A model generated the notes under the pieces. The model did not search any database. It saw only the letters and a program-made list of their open reading frames with translations, and was not told where the DNA came from. This document shows positions 10,601-19,080 of a stretch of DNA of 64,000 nt, one piece after another; positions within the stretch are counted from its first letter, which is position 1, and each line of letters begins with the position of its first letter. This DNA is from a virus, in IMG/VR virus record IMGVR_UViG_3300025167_000008, positions 15,561-79,560 of that record; one strand, 5' to 3'. The translations under genes were made by a program, and so were the position numbers.

Positions 10601-11835
10601 TTAATGTTTTAAGAAGCACTACAAATAAGGCAATAGATTCAGTTTCAGCAGGATGGAATTATGAAACAGCTTTTTCAACAGAACATCAGTTTCTAGTAAG
10701 AAACGCAGGAAATACAGCATTTATTAATGTTGGTAAATTTAATTCATTTGGTTTTGATGCTCAGGGTTTAAATGTACAACAAGTAAATGCTATCTCTTTT
10801 GATAATGCTGGCGTTGCTATTAGTCAAACTGCTACAAATATGACTTTTGGTATACCTTCGGGTAATTTCATTTTTAGTATAGGTGTTGCAGAATATACAA
10901 TGAGTTCAACAGCATTAGGAATGATAGGAAATAACATAAATGATGTAGGGCATATTAGATTTAACGAAATAGCAGATCCTACAGCACTAGCGAATAGTGC
11001 ATTCTTATATGGAAAAGACGATGCTGGTGTAACAAAATTATTTATGAGATGGAGCAATGGAACAATAACAGAATTAGGTGCTGGTGGTGCAGGAGGAGTT
11101 CAGTTAGGGGATAGTCCAACTTGGACAGGATTACACACATTTAATAACGTTGCAATATTTAATAGTAACGCAACATTTAACGGTGCAAACGTATTCATAA
11201 ATTCACCAATAATAAATTTGGGAAATAGTAGTGCTGACACTATATTAACTGCTGGAAGATTTGGTTCTGATGTTATTACTTCTAATTTAAGTGATTTGGG
11301 AACACTTGCTCAACCATGGGCTAATGTATTTTTCCAAAACTTAAGATTACAGTTTGGAGCAACTGTAAACAATATTTCTACTCTTTCGACTACTAATAAT
11401 AATACATCTTTAATGACATCACAAGCTATTCAAACACTTGTAGCAAGTGTAGGAGGAGTATCATTAAGTGGAAATAATAATTGGACTGGAACAAATACAT
11501 TTAACGGCACAACTAATTTGGCTCAAACTAATATATTTAACTTACAAGTGAATGATCTTGCCCCCGTATTCCAATCTGGATCTATTTCAACATTTGCAAT
11601 ATCAGGAACGGCAGTAAACTTAACGGGTACTCAAACTATAACTGGAGGTAAGACGTTTAATGGGCTTGTAGATGTTAATGGATCTTTTAGTGCTAACGGA
11701 AGTATAAACTTTTCAGGTTCTGGAAGACCTTCATCAGGTGGATTTGTCAGTTCGGGTGCTACATTACAACAATTTAAAAATGCTCATAACACAATGAGAG
11801 CAAGTTTGGTTTCTCTAGGATTATTATCACCTTAA
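7657..11835 (+). CDS. Tail fibre / receptor-binding adhesin
   Basis: 1392 aa, G/N/T/S-rich; phage fibre domain (NISLTFTSPP...LLVQDGTGGR...FVTADGGSTY); repeated M-x3-[ND]-I-x-N-x3-L-x-F units; GGTDA-type SD GGTGA upstream. Confidence 0.72.
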   Translation: MSYDPDTQEGAIRKLREEINKIREEQFSKAFSTNSGGGTGGKLGNSIGSSVPNTGITSFYPNAIRLTKDTGVIKKLHYKLLTLTQEFAIGESVTGATSGATAIIGDIDITSSTAGILFWVPSSVVGTFTANETINGNINGQAKADLSFPITQTGRGHLNAGSASIIVEGVTMPYEIHFIDNAKNNGQLVLLRAQNGQTIRVRRAITNDGNTGNIDLDTSFNIIENAIVILQYQGASNATPDGGWVPVLSSVSSGGSSTGGIDFPILYPKEDLGDKTGVVNLSLNQTDGHYKRIRMIGNISLTFTSPPPASNGFKFYVLLVQDGTGGRLLTSLPSSVKNSADILLQIDPALDTQTLIQFVTADGGSTYHAQVIQSANTGASQWSFFKALTNVNMDTWDLYNIDKLRFFGFGGFSFPVDATMQAISTSPVGLQFNVPLDQKYRFYNAGFEVMSLGFEINNTLRLTDGDIKDVRRVSFHELPGFMAEIKVFPNTLIYTANGVGAVHSFVIDNDEASPNFEMRLNVNKSNRDLNMVTNDIINLDQAQFDPNGGFVSSINHGDRRISGGNSGININVPKLKTVKLWFENTGQTNSDLKYEFKQDGLYMNTNNLFEVQGIFFPNGGSISDLAVLGLEFRAGVTPPFGTGNPQSMIFKVRGPAPSYTDINIFELTGLEHNITNGGGMKMFTDLNLQSQNIHNVDMMRFDSNNGISGGGAYKIAGDFPVGRGFQFNIPPVGFGTNKFSFRSNDVEFMSLTPSELKMVGYPIFPSDSRIVAQQFNFNAPHSQGTLGMFDGFIRLVVNGGVSDVWVATGGVLKNLSTLGSTSFINPLFTADGDLNMGTFNIFNLDVLRFVVDGGVIGFGTYGIAVDAGNNSLRYSTPANKAHLFQINLDDVVSIGSSGIQAIPNATFANPNIIAREFLLSTHSIGTGSMINGSFRKLGNDVFVRTGNTTVNLTTLSAGGADDLGSHIATQALDMNSQEIINFNVLRSTTNKAIDSVSAGWNYETAFSTEHQFLVRNAGNTAFINVGKFNSFGFDAQGLNVQQVNAISFDNAGVAISQTATNMTFGIPSGNFIFSIGVAEYTMSSTALGMIGNNINDVGHIRFNEIADPTALANSAFLYGKDDAGVTKLFMRWSNGTITELGAGGAGGVQLGDSPTWTGLHTFNNVAIFNSNATFNGANVFINSPIINLGNSSADTILTAGRFGSDVITSNLSDLGTLAQPWANVFFQNLRLQFGATVNNISTLSTTNNNTSLMTSQAIQTLVASVGGVSLSGNNNWTGTNTFNGTTNLAQTNIFNLQVNDLAPVFQSGSISTFAISGTAVNLTGTQTITGGKTFNGLVDVNGSFSANGSINFSGSGRPSSGGFVSSGATLQQFKNAHNTMRASLVSLGLLSP

Positions 11836-11869
11836 TAGCCTAATAGGTTATATAGAAGAATATGGTAAT

Positions 11870-12118
11870 GTGGCTATGGCAATAAGTGATGAAGTTCTCG
11901 AAGAATTGATTAATAAACTCTATGTAAGTTTAAAAGCAAAAGTAGACGCAGAAAGACAATTAAATCAATTTATCGATGCTTTAATATCTATAAGAAAGCT
12001 AGAAGATGGTTCTTTATCTATAGATATATTTACAGGACTTCCAATAACGGAAGAAAGAAGAAGTGAAATACTAGAAGCGACAATAAGAAACTCAATTCAA
12101 TTTGTCGGGGGTGAATAG
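11870..12118 (+). CDS. Hypothetical protein after tail fibre
   Basis: ORF with normal composition, TATA-like element upstream. Confidence 0.5.
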   Translation: MAMAISDEVLEELINKLYVSLKAKVDAERQLNQFIDALISIRKLEDGSLSIDIFTGLPITEERRSEILEATIRNSIQFVGGE

Positions 12119-12120
12119 TA

Positions 12121-12426
12121 ATGAGTAAGAACAAAGGTGTAAAACAAATGGTTGGTGCAAAATCAATACCTAACCCAAAAGGAGCAGAACCAAAAACTCC
12201 ACAACAGCCAGAACAACCACAAATGACTGAAGATCAAGCATTTATGGCTTATATAAACCAACTAATGAGTAATATCATATTGGAACACGAAAATGCAAAA
12301 ACATCTTCCATAGAGGCAATAAAAAACATAGGTCAAAAACTAAATCTTTACATGAGGGAAGTAAGTCGATTAACAAAGGAAAACGAAACACTTAAGAAAC
12401 AAGTAGATGAACTAAAAAAGAAGTAG
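12121..12426 (+). CDS. Small coiled-coil protein (possible fibre chaperone)
   Basis: C-terminal heptads (EVSRLTKENETLKKQVDELKKK), GGTGA SD, position after fibre. Confidence 0.4.
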   Translation: MSKNKGVKQMVGAKSIPNPKGAEPKTPQQPEQPQMTEDQAFMAYINQLMSNIILEHENAKTSSIEAIKNIGQKLNLYMREVSRLTKENETLKKQVDELKKK

Positions 12427-12461
12427 TTCATTTATATTACCCTTTTTGGTAACTATGTGTA

Positions 12462-12872
12462 ATGGTTGAATTATCACAAGAAGAAAAAGACAAGCTTTGG
12501 GCTGACTTGAAAGTTCAATGGCAAATTGTAAAAGGTAAAGGAGAGGGAGCAGAAAAAGCAAAGAAACGGATAAATATGATACAAAAAGTGCTTGACTTAG
12601 AAATAACTGATTTTGATAAAGAAGAACCAACTAAAGAAGTAAAAGAATACACTGATTCTGAAGCAGAAGAACAATTTACAGAACCACAAATGGATTTAAT
12701 GGAAAAAGCAGTTAAAAAATCAATAGCACTGAAACATATATTGACAGGAATGATAATTAAACATGATCCAAAACTAAAAGGTAACGCACCGGGAATTGGA
12801 CAACACGTAAATATAACATATGATTTAATAAAAGAAGAATTAAAAGAATTAATGAAGAATGATAAGAAATGA
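12462..12872 (+). CDS. Hypothetical charged protein
   Basis: TTTATATT at 12431, ATG 31 nt downstream; coupled to next gene by ATGA. Confidence 0.6.
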   Translation: MVELSQEEKDKLWADLKVQWQIVKGKGEGAEKAKKRINMIQKVLDLEITDFDKEEPTKEVKEYTDSEAEEQFTEPQMDLMEKAVKKSIALKHILTGMIIKHDPKLKGNAPGIGQHVNITYDLIKEELKELMKNDKK

Positions 12873-13108
12873 ATGTAAAGTCAATGATAAAACTTGATGG
12901 TGAAATTGCTAGTTTTGATGAAAAATTATTTGGATCGAGTGATTCGTTAAAAGGTATTAAAGTTCTTATAGAAGTGGCAGTAAAAGAAATAGAGGAAAAA
13001 AGACCTGAAATGAAAGATAAAAAAATAGAAATAATTACAGAATTTGAAGATGGATTTTTTCTCGTATTGGGAAAAAACCCACAAGAGGTAACTGAATTTG
13101 ACACCTAG
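12869..13108 (+). CDS. Hypothetical protein
   Basis: ATGA overlap with upstream gene, overlaps radA start. Confidence 0.5.
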   Translation: MNVKSMIKLDGEIASFDEKLFGSSDSLKGIKVLIEVAVKEIEEKRPEMKDKKIEIITEFEDGFFLVLGKNPQEVTEFDT

Positions 13109-14360
13109 AAAGAGTAAAGAAGGTATAGATAATGAAGATGGACTAGTCGTAGAGAAAACTAAAGAAGAAATTGAAAAACAATTAGAAGAAGTAGAAAAAG
13201 TATGGGAGTTTAATTTGTCAGACTTGGAGGGAATAGGCCCCATAAAATTAAAAAAATTAAACAGTCATGGTATTTTTAAAGCGGAAGATTTGTTAATTAG
13301 AGGAGCAAACGAATTGGCAGAATTATTGGAATTAACTCCAGATAAAACCCAAAAAATGATAGACGATGCAAGGGATTATTTAGAAAAACATGATGTTGTA
13401 GGTAAAGCTGTAATAGATGGATTATCGTTACTTAATTATAGAACAGAAAAAATAAAATATTTACGAACAGGTGCATCAAATTTAGATGAAGCATTGGGGG
13501 GAGGATATGAAACAGGTGTTATAACAGAATTATACGGAGAATTTGGTAGTGGAAAAACACAATTTTGTTTGGTAGCATCAGTTTTAGCACAACTACCAAT
13601 AAAAAAACAATGTTTTGAATGTCATGAACAATTTGATGACTCTGAATTAATTAGATGTCCTAAATGTAATGTGAAATTAGAAACAAAAGGAGGAGGGTTA
13701 TCATTGCCTAATCACCCATGTAAAGTATTATATATGGATACTGAAAATTCTTACAGATCTGATAGAGTACTTACAATAGTAAAAGAATTAGGTTTAGTAA
13801 AAACAAAACCACAATCAATAACAGAAGAAAAAAGAGGAGATGAAAAAGAATTTTTAAATGAAGAAGAAAAACAAAAAGCATATGATTTTATAAGAAACAC
13901 ACTAGTAATGAAACCAAGTAATGCATCTAGTCAATGGATGATGGGACAAAAATTTGTGGAATATATGGAAAAAGATAAGGAAAAACAAGTAAAATTAATT
14001 ATTATTGACTCTTTAACTAATCACTTTAGATTAGATTATAGTGGAAGGGGAGAATTGTCTAATAGACAAGTGCTTTTAAATCAACATGTGAAACACATAT
14101 CAAGATTGGCAGAATATAAAAATGTTGTAATTTTAGTAGCGAATCAAGTACAACAAGATTTATCAATGCTTGGTTATGGTGATAAAACAAAACCTATTGG
14201 TGGTATGACTTTAGGTCATGTTATAACACATAGAATATATTTAAAAAAGAAAGGAAATAAAGGAATAATTATAGCCCACTTGGTAGATTCACCAAATCAT
14301 GCTAAAACAGAAGCTGTATTAGTACTTACTAAAAAAGGCATCGAAAACGGAGAAGGATAA
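13098..14360 (+). CDS. radA: Archaeal RadA recombinase with zinc-ribbon insertion
   Basis: N-terminal HhH (LSDLEGIGP), TGASNLDEALGGG, Walker A GEFGSGKTQ, Walker B LIIIDS, YSGRGELSNRQ, NQV, PIGG, LVDSP. Confidence 0.95.
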   Translation: MTPRKSKEGIDNEDGLVVEKTKEEIEKQLEEVEKVWEFNLSDLEGIGPIKLKKLNSHGIFKAEDLLIRGANELAELLELTPDKTQKMIDDARDYLEKHDVVGKAVIDGLSLLNYRTEKIKYLRTGASNLDEALGGGYETGVITELYGEFGSGKTQFCLVASVLAQLPIKKQCFECHEQFDDSELIRCPKCNVKLETKGGGLSLPNHPCKVLYMDTENSYRSDRVLTIVKELGLVKTKPQSITEEKRGDEKEFLNEEEKQKAYDFIRNTLVMKPSNASSQWMMGQKFVEYMEKDKEKQVKLIIIDSLTNHFRLDYSGRGELSNRQVLLNQHVKHISRLAEYKNVVILVANQVQQDLSMLGYGDKTKPIGGMTLGHVITHRIYLKKKGNKGIIIAHLVDSPNHAKTEAVLVLTKKGIENGEG

Positions 14361-14362
14361 AC

Positions 14363-14399
14363 ATACATTTATATACCCCATGGTATATAGGTTCTTATA
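14363..14399 (+). promoter_or_regulatory. Conserved palindromic TATA promoter, copy 1
   Basis: TTTATATACCCC ATGGTATATAGG at 14368; ATG at 14400. Confidence 0.78.
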
Positions 14400-14507
14400 A
14401 TGAATGAAAAATTAATATGTCAAAAACATCCTGAAGCAGGAGTACATTTTGGCGAAATAACAAAAACAGTAAGATGTAATTATTGTAATGGAGAAATAAA
14501 AAAATGA
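14400..14507 (+). CDS. 35-aa micro zinc-binding protein (not in ORF track)
   Basis: MNEKLICQKHPEAG...VRCNYCNGEIKK; follows conserved promoter; ATGA-coupled to next gene. Confidence 0.55.
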   Translation: MNEKLICQKHPEAGVHFGEITKTVRCNYCNGEIKK

Positions 14508-14950
14508 CCTGTAAAGGCGTATGTATAAGACATAAAGCTACCAAACCAAGAGGTATAGGAAGATATGCTTCTGGACAAAAGAGATGTCAGATTTGTGAAA
14601 TTTACATTAAATATGAAGGATTATGGTGTCCATGTTGTGGATACAGATTAAGAGGAAAACCAAGAAATGTTACATACAAGGAAAGACTAAAGGAAACTAT
14701 TTTCAAATCTGGAGCCCATGTAAAGATATTCAAAGATTGGAGAAATTGTGAAGGATATGAATTCAGTGCTATTTTGGTGGAATTAACAGAACCATATTGT
14801 AAAGGTGGTGGTGCAGAATGGAGTATAAGAAGGTTAGATGACTTTAAAAAGAATCCAGAATGTTCAACTGAAAAACGAATCATTAATATAGAGAAGAAAA
14901 CCATAGATAAAAAGGGAAAGGAACACTACGTGGTATTAGATGAAGTATAA
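14504..14950 (+). CDS. Thaumarchaeal-type zinc-finger protein with C-terminal extension
   Basis: MTCKGVCIRHKATKP...RYASGQKRCQICEIYIKYEGLWCPCCGYRLR.KPRN matches a small family recalled from Nitrosopumilus/Nitrososphaera genomes. Confidence 0.7.
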   Translation: MTCKGVCIRHKATKPRGIGRYASGQKRCQICEIYIKYEGLWCPCCGYRLRGKPRNVTYKERLKETIFKSGAHVKIFKDWRNCEGYEFSAILVELTEPYCKGGGAEWSIRRLDDFKKNPECSTEKRIINIEKKTIDKKGKEHYVVLDEV

Positions 14951-15104
14951 TATTGAAGCACATCAGAATGCAAACGGTAAATGGAGAGTTAATGTTAAAG
15001 CAGATATACCATATTTTCAGTATTTAGAGTTTAAGAAACAAGTAGAAGAGACAATGGAAGATCATGGATTTCCAATTCAAAAATTTTTGGGTGTTGAACA
15101 ATGA
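14940..15104 (+). CDS. 54-aa hypothetical protein, paralogue of downstream ORF (not in ORF track)
   Basis: AHQNANGKWRV...MEDHGFP aligns with AHANASGKWQI...MRQKGFP of 15101..15343. Confidence 0.6.
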   Translation: MKYNIEAHQNANGKWRVNVKADIPYFQYLEFKKQVEETMEDHGFPIQKFLGVEQ

Positions 15105-15343
15105 GTCAAAACAACGAAAAAACTGTAAATGCGAAAATTTATAATTTTAAAACTGGATGGAGATATAAATTAGGAGCACATGCAAATGCATCAGGTAAAT
15201 GGCAAATAGAAGCAGAAGCACAATCAGATACATTGGATTTGTTTGTTGAGGAATTTGTAACTCTTTTGGAAGATTCACATAAGTTGATGAGACAGAAAGG
15301 GTTCCCTCCAGTTGAACCAAAAGATAAAAAGGATGAGAAATAA
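15101..15343 (+). CDS. Hypothetical protein
   Basis: ATGA-coupled; paralogue of 14940..15104. Confidence 0.6.
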   Translation: MSQNNEKTVNAKIYNFKTGWRYKLGAHANASGKWQIEAEAQSDTLDLFVEEFVTLLEDSHKLMRQKGFPPVEPKDKKDEK

Positions 15344-15598
15344 ATGAGTGAAGAAGGAGAAGATAGAGTTGTTCATATAGAAAAAACTGATGATGAAGAG
15401 GAAATAAATGCCAGAAATGAAGTAAACATTTCCATCAATGACAGCACAAATGAGTATAATAGAAATGCCAATGTAACAGTTAAGAGTAAAGTTTTAGATG
15501 TTAAAGAACTATCCGAAACCGCATTAGAAATATACGATAAAATCAAAACCACCAAACAATCTAATAATAAGGATAGCAAAGGAGGACACTTTGGTTAG
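15344..15598 (+). CDS. Hypothetical acidic protein
   Basis: Abuts upstream stop. Confidence 0.5.
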   Translation: MSEEGEDRVVHIEKTDDEEEINARNEVNISINDSTNEYNRNANVTVKSKVLDVKELSETALEIYDKIKTTKQSNNKDSKGGHFG

Positions 15599-15845
15599 AA
15601 TGTTTGGCAAAAAGAAAAAAGAAATAATAACAGATAATTCTAACTCTACTCCATTAGATGCCTCTGTATACTTTGGCGGTTCTAAGATAGGTGACATCAT
15701 GGCAGTAAGAGCAAAAGAAATTATGGGAAAAGATCATATGGAAATATTGATACGATTAGAAGTAGGTTCAGGTATCGAACCACAAATTGTTCAAGTATTG
15801 GGTAGACAAGGGCTTTACATCGGAAGACCGCTAAATGACTCTTGA
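15591..15845 (+). CDS. Hypothetical protein
   Basis: TTG start with GGAGG SD; overlaps NAMPT start. Confidence 0.5.
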   Translation: MVRMFGKKKKEIITDNSNSTPLDASVYFGGSKIGDIMAVRAKEIMGKDHMEILIRLEVGSGIEPQIVQVLGRQGLYIGRPLNDS

Positions 15846-17217
15846 TGATATTTATTCTAATCCATTAGTATTAACTGATTGTTATAATCTAAGTCACTTC
15901 TTTCTTAAAAAGAACCAAGATTATGAAATATCACATATTTACAATAGATCAAAACCAATGATATTGTATGGGTTTAATGAAATTGTCATAAAGTTATTAA
16001 ATCAGAAGATTCAAGAATCAATGGTTATGGAAGCAGAAGATTGTGCCAGAAAAATGGGTATGCCATTTCCTACCGAAATGTGGATGAATTTAGTTGATAA
16101 ACTACATGGATGGATACCACTTCAGGTAGAAGCACTTCCAGATGGTACATGGGTTCCACAGGGAACGCCTTTTGCTCAGATAACTAATACAGACGAAGAT
16201 TTTGGTGAATTAGTAACGTGGTGGGAAGGAGTACTTTTACATTCGTATTTTCCTAGTGCATGTGCAACTAGAGCACTTGAAATGAGAAGATACTTAGAAG
16301 AAAACAATCTGCCATTACATAGACTCCATAGCTTTGGTTTTAGAGGGCATCGTTCTATGGAAGACGCATATTGGGCTACAACAGCATGGAATATGTTTTT
16401 AACAGGTACTGATGACTTTCATGGTAAATATCATTGTCCTAATGCTTCATTAGGAAGTATTCCAGCAACTGCACATAAAACTATACAACAATTTGATGAT
16501 GAAAAACAGGCATTTATTTATTCAATAGATCAAGCAAAAGCCCACGGTCATAATATTGTTGCACTTGTAATTGATACATATGATCCAAGTCGTTTCATTC
16601 ATGAAATGATGCGAGATGTACTAGAACATGCAGAAAAACAGGGAATACATGTAGTACTTAGACCTGATTCAGGCGATGTGTTAAGCCAAACTATACAGAT
16701 TTATGGATTAGTGAAGCTTTGGGAATTTAAGAACGTATCAATGATAATAGGAGAAGGAATGTCACTTGAAAAAGTACAGAAATACGATAAAATATTAAGG
16801 GAAAAACGCATACCATTGGAATTTATGAGTTATGGAGTAGGTGCTGGCTATTATAATGACTTGGATAGAGATTATTTAGGTCATGCTATGAAAACTGCAT
16901 ACTCTGATGGAGCAGATAGAATGAAATTAACTGTATCAAATCCATATAAGAGATCAATTCCCGGTTGCGTAAATATTGTCAAAGAAAATGGTAAATTAGT
17001 TGTAGATTATTCTAGAAAAGGACTTTATCAAACAGTTTATGAAATGGATGAACATTCTACACGTCCTAAGTTATTGAAACAAAAATGGGAAAGTATAAGA
17101 GATCTGGCACTTTCACAAGATACATCACAAAGAGAAATAATATTATCAGAGTTGGTAAAAGCAAATATAAAGAATTTCGAGGGGAAATACTTACATGAAA
17201 AGATGCCCACAGTGTAA
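15835..17217 (+). CDS. nadV: Nicotinamide phosphoribosyltransferase (NAMPT/NadV family)
   Basis: LTDCYNLSH, LHSFGFRG, GTDDF, SIPATAH, VIDTYD, VLRPDSGD, YGVGAG and AMK motifs in family order; 460 aa. Confidence 0.9.
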   Translation: MTLDDIYSNPLVLTDCYNLSHFFLKKNQDYEISHIYNRSKPMILYGFNEIVIKLLNQKIQESMVMEAEDCARKMGMPFPTEMWMNLVDKLHGWIPLQVEALPDGTWVPQGTPFAQITNTDEDFGELVTWWEGVLLHSYFPSACATRALEMRRYLEENNLPLHRLHSFGFRGHRSMEDAYWATTAWNMFLTGTDDFHGKYHCPNASLGSIPATAHKTIQQFDDEKQAFIYSIDQAKAHGHNIVALVIDTYDPSRFIHEMMRDVLEHAEKQGIHVVLRPDSGDVLSQTIQIYGLVKLWEFKNVSMIIGEGMSLEKVQKYDKILREKRIPLEFMSYGVGAGYYNDLDRDYLGHAMKTAYSDGADRMKLTVSNPYKRSIPGCVNIVKENGKLVVDYSRKGLYQTVYEMDEHSTRPKLLKQKWESIRDLALSQDTSQREIILSELVKANIKNFEGKYLHEKMPTV

Positions 17218-17293
17218 TACAGAATGGAAAGACGAAGTACTTCATTGTTTGAAGTGCTCTGGCTATATTGAGGTACATAAAATTGGGGACTAA
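17195..17293 (+). CDS. 32-aa micro zinc-ribbon protein (not in ORF track)
   Basis: MKRCPQCNTEW...CLKCSGY. Confidence 0.5.
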   Translation: MKRCPQCNTEWKDEVLHCLKCSGYIEVHKIGD

Positions 17294-17435
17294 TATTTTT
17301 TGTCCAAAATGTGGAAGAGAAACAACAATACTTACAATTCTTTCTATGCTTTATTATCGTTGTGAATATTGTAATATAGAATGGGATGAAGATACAGTAA
17401 TGTACAGTCTTTTTAAAAAAAGGGAACAAGAATGA
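17283..17435 (+). CDS. 50-aa micro zinc-ribbon protein (not in ORF track)
   Basis: TTG start; CPKCG...RCEYC; stop overlaps next ATG (ATGA). Confidence 0.5.
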   Translation: MGTNIFCPKCGRETTILTILSMLYYRCEYCNIEWDEDTVMYSLFKKREQE

Positions 17436-18076
17436 AGATAGTATCTATAGCAGATACACATGGGTTTCATCATCATGTAAATGTTCCAGATGGTGATATA
17501 TTACTTCATGCTGGAGATTTAACAATGAGTGGAGAAATAGATGTGTTAAAAGATGTTAATAAATGGTTTGGTAAGTTACCACATTCATATAAGATAGTAA
17601 TAGCTGGTAATCATGATTTGTCATTGGGAAAGGACAAATCACTTGGATATAAGATATTTAGTAATGCATATTATTTGTTAAATAATACTGTAGAAGTAGA
17701 GGGAATAAAAATTTGGGGTTCACCTTATACACCATGGAATAGTGAAGTTTATAACTACTTTGCATTTGGCAAACCTAGATATGATATGAAAGGAGCATGG
17801 AAGGGGATGCCAAAGAATGCAGATATATTGTTAACCCATTGTCCACCAAAAGGCATCTTGGATAAGGTGGCAGAAACAGGATTTAATCCCAACGAACATG
17901 TAGGTGATGAGTTATTACTAGCCAAGATTGAAAGAAACAAGCCAAAATATAACATATTTGGACACATCCATGAAGGATATGGAATTCTTAAGAAAAAAGA
18001 CACTACATTTATAAACTGTTCAGTGGTAAATGAACATTATAATTTGGTTAATGAACCAGTAGTGATCAACCTATAA
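17432..18076 (+). CDS. Calcineurin-like metallophosphoesterase
   Basis: IADTH, HAGDLT, AGNHD, LLTHCPP, FGHIHE motifs. Confidence 0.92.
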   Translation: MKIVSIADTHGFHHHVNVPDGDILLHAGDLTMSGEIDVLKDVNKWFGKLPHSYKIVIAGNHDLSLGKDKSLGYKIFSNAYYLLNNTVEVEGIKIWGSPYTPWNSEVYNYFAFGKPRYDMKGAWKGMPKNADILLTHCPPKGILDKVAETGFNPNEHVGDELLLAKIERNKPKYNIFGHIHEGYGILKKKDTTFINCSVVNEHYNLVNEPVVINL

Positions 18077-18107
18077 GTATATATTCAGTTAGGTATATAC
18101 CATTTTC

Positions 18108-18314
18108 ATGGGGGATAAGTTTAGTTACTTACGAGCACCAAAACGTTCATGTAATAGATGTGACTATGAATGGTTTCTAAGAGCAATAATAAAAAGAAAC
18201 AACATAGGAAAAAAGATTCTTGGTGTAGAAATAATTGAGCCTAAAAATTGTCCAGATCCAAGATGTAAGTCGCCATATTGGAACAAAATTCGTAAGTTAA
18301 AGGTGAAGGCTTAA
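18108..18314 (+). CDS. Small zinc-finger protein
   Basis: CNRCDYEW...CPDPRCKSPYWN. Confidence 0.6.
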   Translation: MGDKFSYLRAPKRSCNRCDYEWFLRAIIKRNNIGKKILGVEIIEPKNCPDPRCKSPYWNKIRKLKVKA

Positions 18315-18341
18315 TTTTTATTTTTTATTCATGGTGGTAAA

Positions 18342-18788
18342 ATGGGAAACAGTAATTGGATTTTAAGAAACATGGGCGAACAAGGAAATACTGAATATCG
18401 CCGAGAACAAGTTAGATGTGCTAGGATTTTGAGAGATAGATTAGGAGTGGCTTTAGTTAAACAGGAATATACAGTGAAAAATTTAAAGATTGATGGTGCA
18501 AGTGCTCCCAACTGTACTTTGGATATAGCTATTCCATCTGAGAAAATAGCAGTTAGATTAATGGGTAAAATTCATGACAAGTCTAAAAAGAGAGGAGCAA
18601 AAGATTGGTATCAAAAAGAAGCTCTGGCTCAGGCAAAATGGGCAGTTTATGACTTCCATGCAGATGATTTTCCAAATTTATGGAATCCTAAACGAAGCCA
18701 TGAAATAGATATGGCATCTAAAGAAGAAGTATTAAGAGCATTAGGTTTATGGGATGATCCAAGTGAAGCGAGAGCCTCCAAAGTGTAG
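18342..18788 (+). CDS. Vsr/DUF559-like PD-(D/E)XK endonuclease
   Basis: KQEY...TLDIAIPSEKIAVRLMGKIH...D..QKEAL...W.V pattern. Confidence 0.55.
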   Translation: MGNSNWILRNMGEQGNTEYRREQVRCARILRDRLGVALVKQEYTVKNLKIDGASAPNCTLDIAIPSEKIAVRLMGKIHDKSKKRGAKDWYQKEALAQAKWAVYDFHADDFPNLWNPKRSHEIDMASKEEVLRALGLWDDPSEARASKV

Positions 18789-19020
18789 AAATTGTAATAA
18801 GGTTTTAAAGTGGAAACCATGGACGGGAAAACCACAGCCACCAGTAGACCCAGCAACAGGCGAACCATGTAATTGTTGGAGAACAGACAAAAATGATAAA
18901 CAACGATTTTTAGGAAAAGACTCATACGCAAAATGTCTTTATTGTGATGGTTATTATCAGAAAGACAGTGGAAACAAGGAACATGAAAGACTTTATCATT
19001 CAGAACAAATTACAAGTTAA
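18754..19020 (+). CDS. Small zinc-finger protein
   Basis: CRNC, CNC, CLYC...H...H. Confidence 0.5.
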   Translation: MIQVKREPPKCRNCNKVLKWKPWTGKPQPPVDPATGEPCNCWRTDKNDKQRFLGKDSYAKCLYCDGYYQKDSGNKEHERLYHSEQITS

Positions 19021-19080
19021 ATTTTTATTTAACTTTAAATCTGCTTAATTCACAAACGTTTATAATACAGTTAAAGATAA

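Noticed and set aside
7657-11835. Diversity-generating retroelement targeting the fibre
   Set aside because: No reverse transcriptase and no template/variable repeat pair with adenine-specific mismatches seen
13596-13900. Intein in RadA (or MCM/TerL)
   Set aside because: Insertions are short and lack C/S start, HN end and LAGLIDADG motifs; MCM and TerL lengths leave no room for one
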